A stretch of 64,000 nucleotides of DNA from NCBI RefSeq assembly GCF_032444005.1, contig NC_091283.1, positions 270,878,001 through 270,942,000 on the forward strand. Direction: 5' to 3'. Under the pieces are notes generated by a model. That model was not told the origin of the DNA and did no database searches. It saw only the letters and a program-made list of their open reading frames with translations. The position numbers were made by a program, and so were the translations under genes. Positions 12,301-24,401 of the stretch are shown one piece after another. This DNA comes from Ranitomeya imitator. Taxonomy: Eukaryota. Position 1 is the stretch's first letter. Each line of letters begins with the position of its first letter.

Positions 12301-14752
12301 ATCGTGTGTGAGGGGGATTGTACTGAGGGGACATCATACCGTGTGTGAGGGGGATTGTACTGAGGGGACATCATACCGTGTGTGAGGGGGATTGTACTGA
12401 GGGGACATCATACCGTGTGTGAGGGGGATTGTACTGAGGGGACATCATACCGTGTGTGAGGGGGATTGTACTGAGGGGACATCATACCGTGTGTGAGGGG
12501 GATGGTACTGAGGGGACATCATACCGTATGTGAGGGATTGTACTGAGGGGACATCATACCGTATGTGAGGGATTGTACTGAGGGGACATCATACCGTGTG
12601 TGAGGGGGATTGTACTGAGGGGACATCATACCGTGTGTGAGGGGGATTGTACTGAGGGGACATCATACTGTGTGTGAGGGATTGTACTGAGGGGACATCA
12701 TACTGGGTGTGGGGGGGATTGTACTATGGGGACTGTTGTGAATTCTGCTCTTGGGCTTCCTCCGCTGGTTGTTGATGGTAATGCAGTTATTCCTGAGCAG
12801 CAGTCTTGGACAGGTGTTTCTGCTAATTGCAATTCTGACTGGGGTATTTAGCTGTGCAGGACTCATTGGTCCTTGCCAGTAGTCAATGTTCCTTTGGAAG
12901 TGTTGGTCCTCTGCCTGGCCCTTCTGCTTGCTGCCATCTCAGCAAAGTTAAGTGTTTGCTTCTTTTTTTTAGACACACTGCTGTGTGTTTATTTTCTGTG
13001 CTGATCTTGTTTCTATTTTGTTCCTGCTAGACTGTGCCTGATGTTTTTCTCAGTCTAGTTGGATTCGCTGGAGTCGCAGATATACCCTCCACATCTTTAG
13101 TTAGGTGGTGGAGTTTTTGTATTTTTCTGCTGTGGATATTTTGTAGTGTTTTATGCTGACCGCATAGTATCCTGTACTATCCTTTCCTATCTAGGTAGAA
13201 GTGGCCTCCTTTGCTTATCCCTGTTTTCTGTCTGCGTGTGTCTCTTCCTCTCCTACTCACAGTCATTATTTGTAGGGGGCTACCTATCCTTTGGGGGTCT
13301 ACTCTGAGGCAAGAGAGTTTTCCTATTTCCATCTTTAGGGATATTTAGTTTTCCGGCTGTGTCGAGGTGTCTAGGTCTGGTTAGGCACACCCCACGGCTA
13401 CTTTTAGTTGCGGTGATAGGATCAGGGTTTGCGGTCAGTAAAGTTACCACTGCTCCAGCGAAGGTCATTTCATGCTGCTCCAAGGCCACCTGATCATAAC
13501 AGGGGACATCATACTGTGTGTGATGGGGATTGTACTGAGGGGACATCATACTGTGTGTGGGGGGATTGTACTGAGGGGACATCATACTGTGTGTGAGGAG
13601 GATTGTACTGAGGAGGATTGTACAGAGGGGACATCATACTGTGTGTGAGGGGAATTGTACTAACGGGACATCATACTGTGTGTGAGGGGGATTGTACTGA
13701 GGAGACATCATACCGTGTGTGGGGGGATTGTATTGTGAGGACATCATACTGTGTGTGAGGGGGATTGTACTGAGGAGACATCATACCGTGTGTGGGGGGA
13801 TTGTATTGTGGGGACATCATACCGTGTGTGAGGGGGATTGTACTGAGGGGACCTCATACCGTGTGTGAGGGGGATTGTACTGAGGGGACATCATACCGTG
13901 TGTGAGGGGGATTGTACTGAGGGGACATCATACCGTGTGTGAGGGGGATTGTACTGAGGGGACATCATACCGTGTGTGAGGGGGATTGTACTGAGGGGAC
14001 ATCATACCGTGTGTGAGGGGGATTGTACTGAGGGGACATCATACTGTGTGTGAGGGGGATTGTACTGAGGAGACATCATACCGTGTGTGGGGGGATTGTA
14101 TTGTGAGGACATCATACTGTGTGTGAGGGGGATTGTACTGAGGAGACATCATACCGTGTGTGGGGGGATTGTATTGTGGGGACATCATACCGTGTGTGAG
14201 GGGGATTGTACTGAGGGGACCTCATACCGTGTGTGAGGGGGATTGTACTGAGGGGACATCATACCGTGTGTGAGGGGGATTGTACTGAGGGGACATCATA
14301 CCGTGTGTGAGGGGGATTGTACCGAGGGGACATCATACCGTGTGTGAGGGGGATTGTACCGAGGGGACATCATACCGTGTGTGAGGGGGATTGTACCGAG
14401 GGGACATCATACCGTGTGTGAGGGGGATTGTACCGAGGGGACATCATACCGTGTGTGAGGGGGATTGTACCGAGGGGACATCATACCGTGTGTGAGGGGG
14501 ATTGTACTGAGGGGACATCATACCGTGTGTGAGGGGGATTGTACTGAGGGGACATCATACCGTGTGTGAGGGGGATTGTACTGAGGGGACATCATACTGT
14601 GTGTGAGGGGGATTGTACTGTGGGGGACATAGATACTGTGTGTGAGGGGGATTGCACTGTGGGGACATCATACTGTGTGTGAGGGAGATTGCACTGTGGG
14701 GACATCATACCGTGTGAGGGGGATTGCACTGTGGGGGACATAGATACTTTGT
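9361..14752. repeat. 37-bp minisatellite (gtactgaggggacatcataccgtgtgtgagggggatt), interrupted by a solo LTR
   Basis: Visible period. Confidence 0.95.
12734..13501. mobile_element. Solo LTR (768 bp)
   Basis: Termini TGTTGTGA...TCATAACA (TG..CA, 7/8 inverted match), flanked by duplicated GGGGAC at 12728-12733 and 13502-13507. Confidence 0.8.
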
Positions 14753-14785
14753 GTGGGAATCGTGGTAGCAGGAAAACATGTGCAA

Positions 14786-16018
14786 TAATAATAATAATAA
14801 TAATAATAATTTTATTTATATAGCGCCAACATATTCCGCAGCGCTTTACAAATTATAGAGGGGACTTGTACAGACAATAAACATTACAGCATAACAGAAA
14901 TACAGTTCAAAACAGATACCAGGAGGAGTGAGGGCCCTGCTCGCAAGCTTACAAACTATGGGGAAAAGGGGAGACACGAGAGGTGGATGGTAACAATTGC
15001 TTTAGTTATTCGGACCAGCTATAGTGTAAGGCTCAGGTGTTCATGTAAAGCTGCATGAACCAGTTACCTGCCTAAGTATGTAGCAGTACAGACACAGAGG
15101 GCTAATACTGCATAAAGTGTATGAGAACATGATGCGAGGAACCTTTTTTTTTTTATTATAAATAGGCCACACAGGGATCGTTAGGTTAATGCATTGAGGC
15201 GGTAGGCCAGTCTGAACAAATGAGTTTTTAGGGCACGCTTAAAACTGTGGGGATTGGGGATTAATCGTATTAACCTAGGTAGTGCATTCCAAAGAATCGG
15301 CGCAGCACGTGTAAAGTCTTGGAGACGGGAGTGGGAGGTTCTGATTATTGAGGATGCTAACCTGAGGTCATTAGCGGAGCGGAGGGCACGGGTAGGGTGG
15401 TAGACTGATACCAGGGAGGAGATGTAGGGTGGTGCTGAGCCATGGAGTGCTTTGTGGATGAGGGTAGTAGTTTTGTACTGGATTCTGGAGTGGATGGGTA
15501 GCCAGTGTAATGACTGGCACAGGGTAGAGGCATCGGTGTAACGGTTGGTGAGGAATATGATCCTGGCTGCAGCATTCAGGACAGATTGGAGCGGGGAGAG
15601 TTTTGCAAGAGGGAGACCGATTAGTAGAGAGTTACAATAGTCCAGACGAGAATGAATAAGTGAAACAGTCAGAGTTTTTGCAGAGTCGAAATTAAGAAAA
15701 GGGCGAATTCTAGAAATGTTTTTGAGATGCAGGTAAGAAGAGCGAGCCAGTGATCGGATGTAGGGGGTGAATGAAAGGTCAGAATCAAGGATGACCCCAA
15801 GGCAGCGGGCATGTTGCTTTGGAGTAATGGTGGAACCGCACACGGAGATGGCAATGTCAGGCAAAGGTAGGTTAGTAGAGGGAGAGAACACGAGGAGTTC
15901 AGTTTTTGACAGGTTTAGTTTCAGATAGAGGGAGGACATGATGTTAGAGACAGCGGTAAGACAATCACTGGTGTTTTCTAAAAAGGTCGGTGTGATATCG
16001 GGAGCAGAAGTGTATAGA
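14786..16018 (-). mobile_element. 5'-truncated L2 (CR1-superfamily) LINE
   Basis: ORF 15181-15939 has LKLNLSKTE, RCLGVILDSDLSF, SRLDYCNSLL, LHWLPI and FKRALKTHLF. It ends in a (TAT)n tail, with apparent TSD gtgcaa at 14780-14785 and 16019-16024. Confidence 0.9.
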
Positions 16019-16899
16019 GTGCAAGAACATTATGCAGTGAAGGCCATGAAATGGAAATCATAGTGGGTGAGAACACTAAGGGGCTTCAGTAGGGTGTAAT
16101 AAGTGCCCAGCACCCGTCTCTCTCAGCGTCTTTAGAAGTTGCTAGGTCTGGTCTGTGACTGCGCCCATGTGCTGTGATAGCACTTTTGGGGTCCTGTGAT
16201 TTCTGACTCCCCAGCTCAGGAACATTATTACTCTGCACGGACACTGGTATCATGTGCGGGGGCACTGGTCATAGCGGTAATATTAGTAACAGACCCCAGA
16301 TGGGAAACATGACAGAGCCGGCGTGGGCCTGTGTGCTGTCAAATCCCCAGGCTGAAATTCAGCCCCAGTCCAGCCCCGTCTGGAAGTATATCATCGACCA
16401 CATTGGGTACAGCGGTTGTGTGGGGGTCCGCTCAGTAACTCCCTGTTACCCAGGAAGAGCTGGTCCCGTGAGGAGTCACTGCACCCACTCAGAATTCTCA
16501 CGGCAGTGCATACACTGCACAGATGCCATCACAGATGGCGCCCCCTACAGAACAAACATATGCTCAAGTGCAGGGTTTTGTGCATTTTTATAACTTTCTA
16601 CAAGATAAGGAATAAAAAAATTCATATGATAATTTTTAAAAAATCCCTCCTGTAGCCTCCGCCCTCGGTTAGTGTTCCCATTAGAGTTACTTCCTGCAAA
16701 AAAAAAAAAAAAAAAAGGATAAATAGAAAATAAGATCCTGGATGGAGAAGCGAAGATGAAAGCTGCGGCCAGGAGAGGAGTCGAGGGCTGCAGCCAGGAG
16801 CAAAGAGTTGCGACGAGGAGGGAAAAGCTGTGGCCAAGACCCGAGAGCTGTGTTCAGGAGAGAAGAACTGCGGCCAGGATAGGAGCAGATGGCCGTGTT

Positions 16900-17400
16900 C
16901 TGGAGAGATGATCTGCGGGCAGGAGAGGAGCCGAGGACTGTGTTCGTGAGAGAAGAGCTGCGGCCAGGAGAGGAGCCGAGGACTGTGTTCAGGAGAGAAG
17001 AGCTGCGGCCAGGAGAGGAGCCAAGGGCTGTGTTCAGGAGAGAAGAGCTTCAGCCAGGAGAGGAGCCAAGGGCTGTGTTCAGGAGAGAAGAGCTTCAGCC
17101 AGGAGAGGAGCTGAGGACTGTGTTCAGGAGAGAAGAGCTTCAGCCAGGAGAGGAGCCGAGGACTGTGTTCAGGAGAGAAGAGCTTCAGCCAGGAGAGGAG
17201 CTGAGGACTGTGTTCAGGAGAGAAGAGCTGCGGCCAGGAGAGGAGCCGAGGACTGTGTTCAGGAGAGAAGAGCTTCTGCCAGGAGAGGAGCCGAGGACTG
17301 TGTTCAGGAGAGAAGAGCTTCAGCCAGGAGAGGAGCCGAGGACTGTGTTAAGAAGAGAAGAGCTGCGGCCAGGAGAGGAGGTGAGGGCTGTGGCCAGAAG
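16900..17400. repeat. 45-bp purine-rich minisatellite
   Basis: Unit translates as FRREELRPGEEPRTV (15 codons); about 11 copies. Confidence 0.9.
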
Positions 17401-17584
17401 AGGAGCCGAGGGCTGTGGACAGGAGAGAATCAGGACACCCCTAGAGCAGGGGTCATCTACCAAATGTACAGAAGTGTCCCCTCCATCCGTTAGGGTTCAG
17501 CAGTCACAGCGTTTAGCAGGCCACCCGCTGACAGCCGATCCCACGTGATCACTTCCTCCCAGCATGCCATGGGGCAGGTGGCGC

Positions 17585-17943
17585 TCAGCAGCCATGTTTT
17601 CTTTTCCGGTGTGCTCTCAGGCCGGCGGCGGTCTGGAAGGCTCTCCCGCACTCCTCGCACTGGTGCAGCGTCTTGTCCAGGTGCTGCGCCTGGTGACTTT
17701 CCAGATCGGTTTCTGTGGTGCAGCAGGTTCCGCAGATCTCGCAGCAGAGCATTACCTCCATGTGACGCTCTGCAGGTGGCGGGGCTGGTCCCAGCTCGCG
17801 GTTACAGTTCAGCTTTTCTTTCCGCCTTATTCTTTTTGTCGTCTTCCTTGTGACCGTGGAAACATCAGGGAGCGCAAGAGTCATGGAGGCTTTGTCCTCC
17901 CCCGCCGCTGCGACGCCGCCGCAGTCTGCACCATGGTCCGTAC
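17585..17943 (-). CDS. Terminal exon with two C2H2 zinc fingers
   Basis: ORF 17585-17950 contains CEICGTCCTTETDLESHQAQH and HQCEECGRAFQTAAGLRAHRKRKH; the acceptor ends at 17944. Confidence 0.8.
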
Positions 17944-19986
17944 CTGACAAACAAGGACCGCGACATCATCAGTATCCTGCAGCTCGAGGGGCGACAGGAG
18001 CAGCCATGGCAGACGCACAATTAAAGGGGTTGTCCCACAAACAAAACTACATTTTAATCAGCAAATCCTCAAAAATTCAGCAGTTCATCAATTGGATGTT
18101 TTGAGCATTTTTTTTAAACAGTCTTTGCTGTATCCCATGTATCCCGCTGGCCATGTAGAGATGCTGCAGGGTCGTGTACACCGCTTCTGGCGAGGGGGAG
18201 TCATAAGTGACCACAGTATTATAGGTGACACGGGCGGGGCACCCTCCAGCTGATCGCCAGGAGCGGAGTACGCGACCATGAGCTGCAGCATCTGCCGGGG
18301 CACAGCGCACAGGGAAGGTCAGCAGCAGCTTCATCGCCACAAAAAACACCAGTGAAGGAACTTCTTAGATTACCATCATCTATTGAATGGTCCCACTAAC
18401 ATTCTGCACAGATGACTTACCTGAGACTCGCGAGTCCTCGCTCTTCGCACTGACGCTCGCCTCTTCTATTTTTATGCTCTCATTTTCTAGATTAAAAGAA
18501 AAAAGGACACAAATAATAGAACATCACAGATGAAACTCCAGGAGGGTAGCAGAGTATTAATGCTACACAAACACTCTCTACACCCGAGCGCTCTCTGCTC
18601 TCGTACCAGACACCTGCGTGCTCTCCGCTCTCATACCTGAGACCAGCGTGCTCTCCGCTTTCGTACCAGACACCCGAGCGCTCTCTGCTCTCGTACTAGA
18701 CACCCGCGTGTTCTCTGCTCTCGTACTAGACACCCACGTGTTCTCCGCTCTCGTACCTGACACCCGTGTGCTCTCCTATCTCGTACCTGACACCAGCGTG
18801 CTCTCCGCTCTCGTACCAGACACCCGAGCGCTCTCTGCTCTCCTACTAGACACCCGAGCGCTCTCTGCTCTCGTACCTGACACCCGTGTGCTCTCTGCTC
18901 TCGTACCTGACACCCGTGTGCTCTCTGCTCTCGTACCTGACACCCGTGTGCTCTCCGCTCTCATACCTGACACCCGAGCGCTCTCTGCTCTCGTACCTGA
19001 CACCCGAGCGCTCTCTGCTCTCGTACCTGACACCCGTGTGCTCTCTGCTCTCGTACCTGACACCCGTGTGCTCTCTGCTCTCGTACCTGACACCCGTGTG
19101 CTCTCCGCTCTCATACCTGACACCCGAGCGCTCTCTGCTCTCGTACCTGACACCCGTGTGCTCTCTGCTCTCGTACCTGACACCCGAGCGCTCTCTGCTC
19201 TCGTACCTGACACTCGTGTGCTCTCTGCTCTCGTACCTGACAACTGCGTGCTCTCCGCTCTCATACCTGAGACCTGCGTGCTCTCCGCTCTCATACCTGA
19301 CACCCGTGTGCTCTCCTATCTCGTACCTGACACCAGCGTGCTCTCCGCTCTCGTACCAGACACCCGAGCGCTCTCTGCTCTCGTACCTGACACCCGAGCG
19401 CTCTCTGCTCTCGTACTAGACACCCGCGTGTTCTCTGCTCTCGTACTAGACACCCACGTGTTCTCCGCTCTCGTACCTGACACCAGCGTGCTCTCCGCTC
19501 TCGTACCTGACACCAGCGTGCTCTCCGCTCTCGTACCTGACACCAGCGTGCTCTCCGCTCTCGTACCAGACACCCGAGCGCTCTCTGCTCTCGTACTAGA
19601 CACCTGCGTGTTCTCCGCTCTCGTACCCGACACCTGTGTGCTCTCCTTCCCGTTGACTCTGACACCTTCTGTTGTAATTTTCTGTCCCTGACAACCTGTG
19701 GGTAATAGGACAGTGACATGAGTAGCCAATCAGCGGCCGTCCCTGGAGCAGCGGCAGTCTCCTTACCTCTCCGGAGGTGGGGCAGGACGGTGGCCAACTT
19801 GATGGGGCGCCCGCTCCGGGGAAGTGTGGAGATGGTGTTGAAGGCCTTCCACTTGTAGATGATCTTCCTCACAGTGGAGTGGTGCAGCTCACACATCTTA
19901 CTGATGGTTTTGTAGCCTTTCCCAGCTTCGTGAGCCTCCACCACCCTCCTCCGCACATCCTCCGAGAAGTCCTTGGACCGGGGCAT
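17585..19986 (-). CDS. Tc1-HTH + 2xC2H2 zinc-finger fusion gene (paralog A), predicted 214 aa; exons 19986-19767, 18486-18421, 17943-17585
   Basis: All GT-AG junctions are phase 1 (agag|gtaagg; atctag|aa; tcag|gtaagt; tttgtcag|gt). 220+66+359=645 nt is open to the stop. Fingers are CEICG...HQAQH and CEECG...HRKRKH. Confidence 0.7.
18590..19645. repeat. 30-bp minisatellite (ctcgtacctgacacccgtgtgctctctgct), intronic
   Basis: Visible period, about 35 copies. Confidence 0.95.
19767..19986 (-). CDS. Tc1 transposase-derived HTH exon, paralog A
   Basis: MPRSKDFSEDVRRRVVEAHEAGKGYKTISKMCELHHSTVRKIIYKWKAFNTISTLPRSGRPIKLATVLPHLRR, then a donor. There is no TIR or DDE domain around it. Confidence 0.78.
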
Positions 19987-20049
19987 GATTCCCGGCTGCA
20001 CCGAGAAGAGCAGCACCGGCGGCGTCACCGCCGCTACACTGAGTCCACG

Positions 20050-20345
20050 GCTCGAAGACTCAGAGCGGCGACTAGACGATCAAAGCTCAGCAGTCATGTG
20101 ACGTGCGCATAACGCGCTGCGAACCCAACTGTGAAGCTAAGCAGTCACATGACCGGCGTACACAGGCTCAGAAAAGATTCACCAATCAGTGTCGTTTACG
20201 TCACCGGACTGTCAGCCAATAGACGGGAACCATAACCAGAGCGCTAGTTGGTGTGTCTCACACACTGCAGCAATGTCCTCAGCTCGGCGGCCATCTTATT
20301 GTAGCCGCGCCACAGACTGGGCTTTGTCTGTTGCTATGGAAGCAA
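20050..20345. promoter_or_regulatory. Putative promoter of paralog A
   Basis: CpG-rich, with E-box/CRE-like tcatgtgacg, gtcacatgac and ttacgtcac, two CCAAT boxes, YY1-like gcggccatctt and X-box-like gttgctatggaa. Confidence 0.55.
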
Positions 20346-22368
20346 GGGTGCGCACAGAGCTAGAACCGCAGGGTGCGCGCAGAGCTAGAACCGCAGGGTG
20401 CGCGCAGAGACAGAACCGCAGGGTGCGCGCAGAGACAGAACCGCAGGGTGCGCGCAGAGACAGAACCGCAGGGTGCGCGCAGAGCTAGAACCGCAGGGTG
20501 CGCGCAGAGACAGGACCGCAGGGTGCGCGCAGAGCTAGAACCGCAGGGTGCGCGCAGAGACAGGACCGCAGGGTGCGCGCAGAGACAGAACCGAAGGGTG
20601 CGCGCAGAGACAGAACCGAAGGGTGCGCGCAGAGACAGAACCGCAGGGTGCGCGCAGAGACAGAACCGCAGGGTGCGCGCAGAGACAGAACCGCAGGGTG
20701 CGCGCAGAGACAGAACCGCAGGGTGTGCGCAGAGACAGGACCGCAGGGTGCGCGCAGAGACAGGACCGCAGGGTGCGCTCAGAGACAGGACCGCAGGGTG
20801 CGCGCAGAGACAGAACCGCAGGGTGCGCGCAGAGACAGAACCGCAGAGCGCGCAGAGACAGAACCGCAGGGTGCGCGCAGAGACAGAACCGCAGGGTGCG
20901 CGCAGAGACAGAACCGCAGGGTGCATAGAGACAGAACCGCAGGGTGCGCACAGAGACAGAACCGCAGGGTGCGCACAGAGACAGAACCGCAGGGTGCGCA
21001 CAGAGACAGAACCGCAGGGTGCGCACAGAGACAGAACCGCAGGGTGCGCACAGAGACAGAACCGCAGGGTGCGCACAGAGACAGACCGCAGGGTGCGCAC
21101 AGAGACAGAACCGCAGAGCGCGCAGAGACAGAACCGCAGGGTGCGCGCAGAGACAGAACCGCAGGGTGCGCGCAGAGACAGAACCGCAGGGTGCGCGCAG
21201 AGACAGAACCGCAGGGTGCATGCAGAGACAGAACTGCAGGGTGCATAGAGACAGAACCGCAGGGTGCGCACAGAGACAGAACCGCAGGGTGCGCAAAGAG
21301 ATAGAACCGAAGGGTGCGCACAGAGACAGACCGCAGGGTGCGCACAGAGACAGAACCGCAGGGTGCGTAGAGACAGAACCGCAGGGTGCGCACAGAGACA
21401 GAACCGCAGGGTGCGCACAGAGACAGAACCGCAGGGTGCGTACAGAGACAGAATGCAGGGTGCGCAAAGAGACAGAACCGCAGAGTGCGCAGAGACAGAA
21501 CCGCAGGGTGCGCACAGAGACAGACCGCAGGGTGCGTACAGAGACAGAACCGCAGGGTGCGCACAGAGAGAACCGCAGGGTGCGCAAAGAGACAGAACCG
21601 CAAAGTGCGCACAGAGACAGAACCGCAGGGTGCGTACAGAGACAGAACAGCAGGGAGCGTACAGAGACAGAACCGCAGAGTTTGCACAGAGATAGATAGA
21701 ACCGCAGGGTGCTTACAGAGACAGAACCACATGGTGCGTACAGAGACAGAACGGCAGAGTGCGTACAGACAGAACCGCAGGGTGCGCGCACAGAGACAGA
21801 ACCGCAGGGTGCGCACAGAGACAGAACCGCAGGGTGCATACAGAGACAGAACCGCAGGGTGCGTACAGAGACAGAACCGCAGGGTGCGTACAGAGACAGA
21901 ACCGCAGGGTGCACAAAGAGACAGAACCGCAGGGTGCGTACAGAGACAGAACCGCAGGGTGCGTACAGAGACAGAACCGCAGGGTGCGTACAGAGACAGA
22001 ACCGCAGGGTGCGTACAGAGACAGAACCGCAGGGTGCGCAAAGAGACAGAACCGCAGGGTGCGCAAAGAGACAGAACCGCAGGGTGCGCACAGGGACAGA
22101 ACCGCAGGGTGCGCACAGGGACAGAACCGCAGGGTGCGCACAGAGACAGAACCGCAGGGTGCGCACAGAGACAGAACCGCAGGGTGCGCACAGAGACAGA
22201 ACCGCAGGGTGCGCACAGAGATAGAACCGCAGAGTGCGCACAGAGATAGAACCGCAGAGTGCGCACAGAGACAGAACCGCAGAGTGCGCAAAGAGATAGA
22301 ACCGCAGGGTGCGCACAGAGACAGAACCGCAGAGTGCGCACAGAGACAGAACCGCAGGGTGCGTACAT
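20346..22368. repeat. 25-bp minisatellite (cgcgcagagacagaaccgcagggtg), about 80 copies
   Basis: Visible period. Confidence 0.95.
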
Positions 22369-22369
22369 A

Positions 22370-23860
22370 GGAGGTCACTCACAATGTGCGGGGGCTTCTC
22401 ATCCATGGAGGGGGTCACTCACAATGTGTGGGGGCTTCTCATCCATGGAGGGGATCACTCACAATGTGCGGGGGCTTCTCATCCATGGAGGTGGTCACTC
22501 ACAATGTGTGGGGGCTGCTCATTCATGGAGGGGATCACTCACAATGTGTGGGGGCTTCTCATCCATGGAGGTGGTCACTCACAATGTGTGGGGGCTTCTC
22601 ATTTATGGAGGGGATCACTCACAATGTGTGGGGGCTTCTCATCCATGGAGGGGGTCACTCACAATGTGCTGGGGCTTCTCATCCATGTAGGGGATCACTC
22701 ACAATGTGCGGGGGCTTCTCATCCATGGAGGGGATCACTCACAATGTGCAGGGGCTTCTCATCCATGGAGGGGTCACTCACAATGTGCTGGGGCTTCTCA
22801 TCCATGGAGGGGATCACTCACAATGTGCGGAGGCTTCTCATCCATGGAGGGGGTCACTCACAATGTGTGGGGGCTTCTCATCCATGGAGGGGGTCACTCA
22901 CATTGTGTTATGGCTTCTCATCCATGGAGGGGTCACTCACAATGTGCGGGAGATTCTCATCCATGGAGGGGGATCACTCACAATGTGTGGGGGCTTCTCA
23001 TCCATGGAGGGGTCACTCACAATGTGCTGGGGCTTGTCATCCATGGAGGGGATCACTCACAATGTGCGGAGGCTTCTCATCCATGGAGGGGGTCACTCAC
23101 AATGTGTGGGGGCTTCTCATCCATGGAGGGGGTCACTCACATTGTGTTATGGCTTCTCATCCATGGAGGGGGTCATTCACAATGTGTGGGGGCTTCTCAT
23201 CCATGGAGGGGGTCATTCACAATGTGTGGGGGCTTCTCATCCATGGAGGGGTCACTCACAATGTGTGGATATTCTCATCCATGGAGGGGTCACTCACAAT
23301 GTGTGGATATTCTCATCCATGGAGGGGATCACTCACAATGTGCATGGGCTTCTCATCCATGGAGAGGATCACTCACAATGTGTGGGGGCTTCTCATCCAT
23401 GGAGGGGTCACTCACAATGTGTGGATATTCTCATCCATGGAGGGGTCACTCACAATGTGTGGATATTCTCATCCATGGAGAGGATCACTCACAATGTGCA
23501 TGGGCTTCTCATCCATGGAGGGGATCACTCACAATATGCTGGGGCTTCTCATCCATGGAGGGGATCACTCACAGTGTGTTGGGGCTTCTCATCCATGGAG
23601 GGGGTCACTCACAATGTGTGGGGGCTTCTCATCCATGGAGGGGATCACTCAATGTGCGGGGGCTTCTCATTCATGGAGTGGATCACTCACAATGTGCTGG
23701 GGCTTCTCATCCATGGAGGGGATCACTCACAATGTGTGGGGGCTTCTCATCCATGGAGGGGATCACTCACAATATGCTGGGGCTTCTCATCCATGGAGGG
23801 GTCACTCACAGTGTGTTGGGGCTTCTCATGCATGGAGGTGTCACTCACAGTTTTGGGGCT
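22370..23860. repeat. 39-40-bp minisatellite (cactcacaatgtgtgggggcttctcatccatggagggggt)
   Basis: Visible period; directly abuts the 25-bp array. Confidence 0.95.
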
Positions 23861-24401
23861 CACTCACTCATTAGTTCTTGCGCTATAGTTGGACTGTACA
23901 TCAGGATTAGAACAGTCATTCTGAGATGAATCTTTGAAGTAAATACACCAGGCTCATCAGGTCTAGGAGCTATACAATTATGTATATAGACTGGTGAAAT
24001 CTGCTTTCATTCGCTTCTGAAGCCATCGTGTCAGTAGTGCAAGAGCTAAAGGAGAGAAAAAGAGAAGTGTGCTACATAACGGATATGACAGCGGACGGAC
24101 ATTTTTACCCGTTACCAGGTCTAGTGAGGCGCGGTGCCATATCACGGGGTCTTCTCTTACAGAATGTTAGGTCCTGGCACACCAGCTGCTCAACCGGCAT
24201 GAGCCAAGGACAAGCATGTGGTTCTTTTCTTGCCTCGTGCAGCCGGCCTGACCTCATCCTGAACTACAAGATCTTCCTGTCCTGTAAGGACCAAGCCCAC
24301 TATTTTTTGCAATGTCCCTTTAAATCTGTCGGTATTTGACAATGGATGAGGAAGTTTCAGACTGAGGAAGCCGCTGACTTTACTTTCTCTTTCCGATAAC
24401 A

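Noticed and set aside
16889-23929. Repeat-protein ORFs in the 45-, 30-, 25- and 40-bp arrays
   Set aside because: Open in several frames and on both strands, with no domain or splice support.
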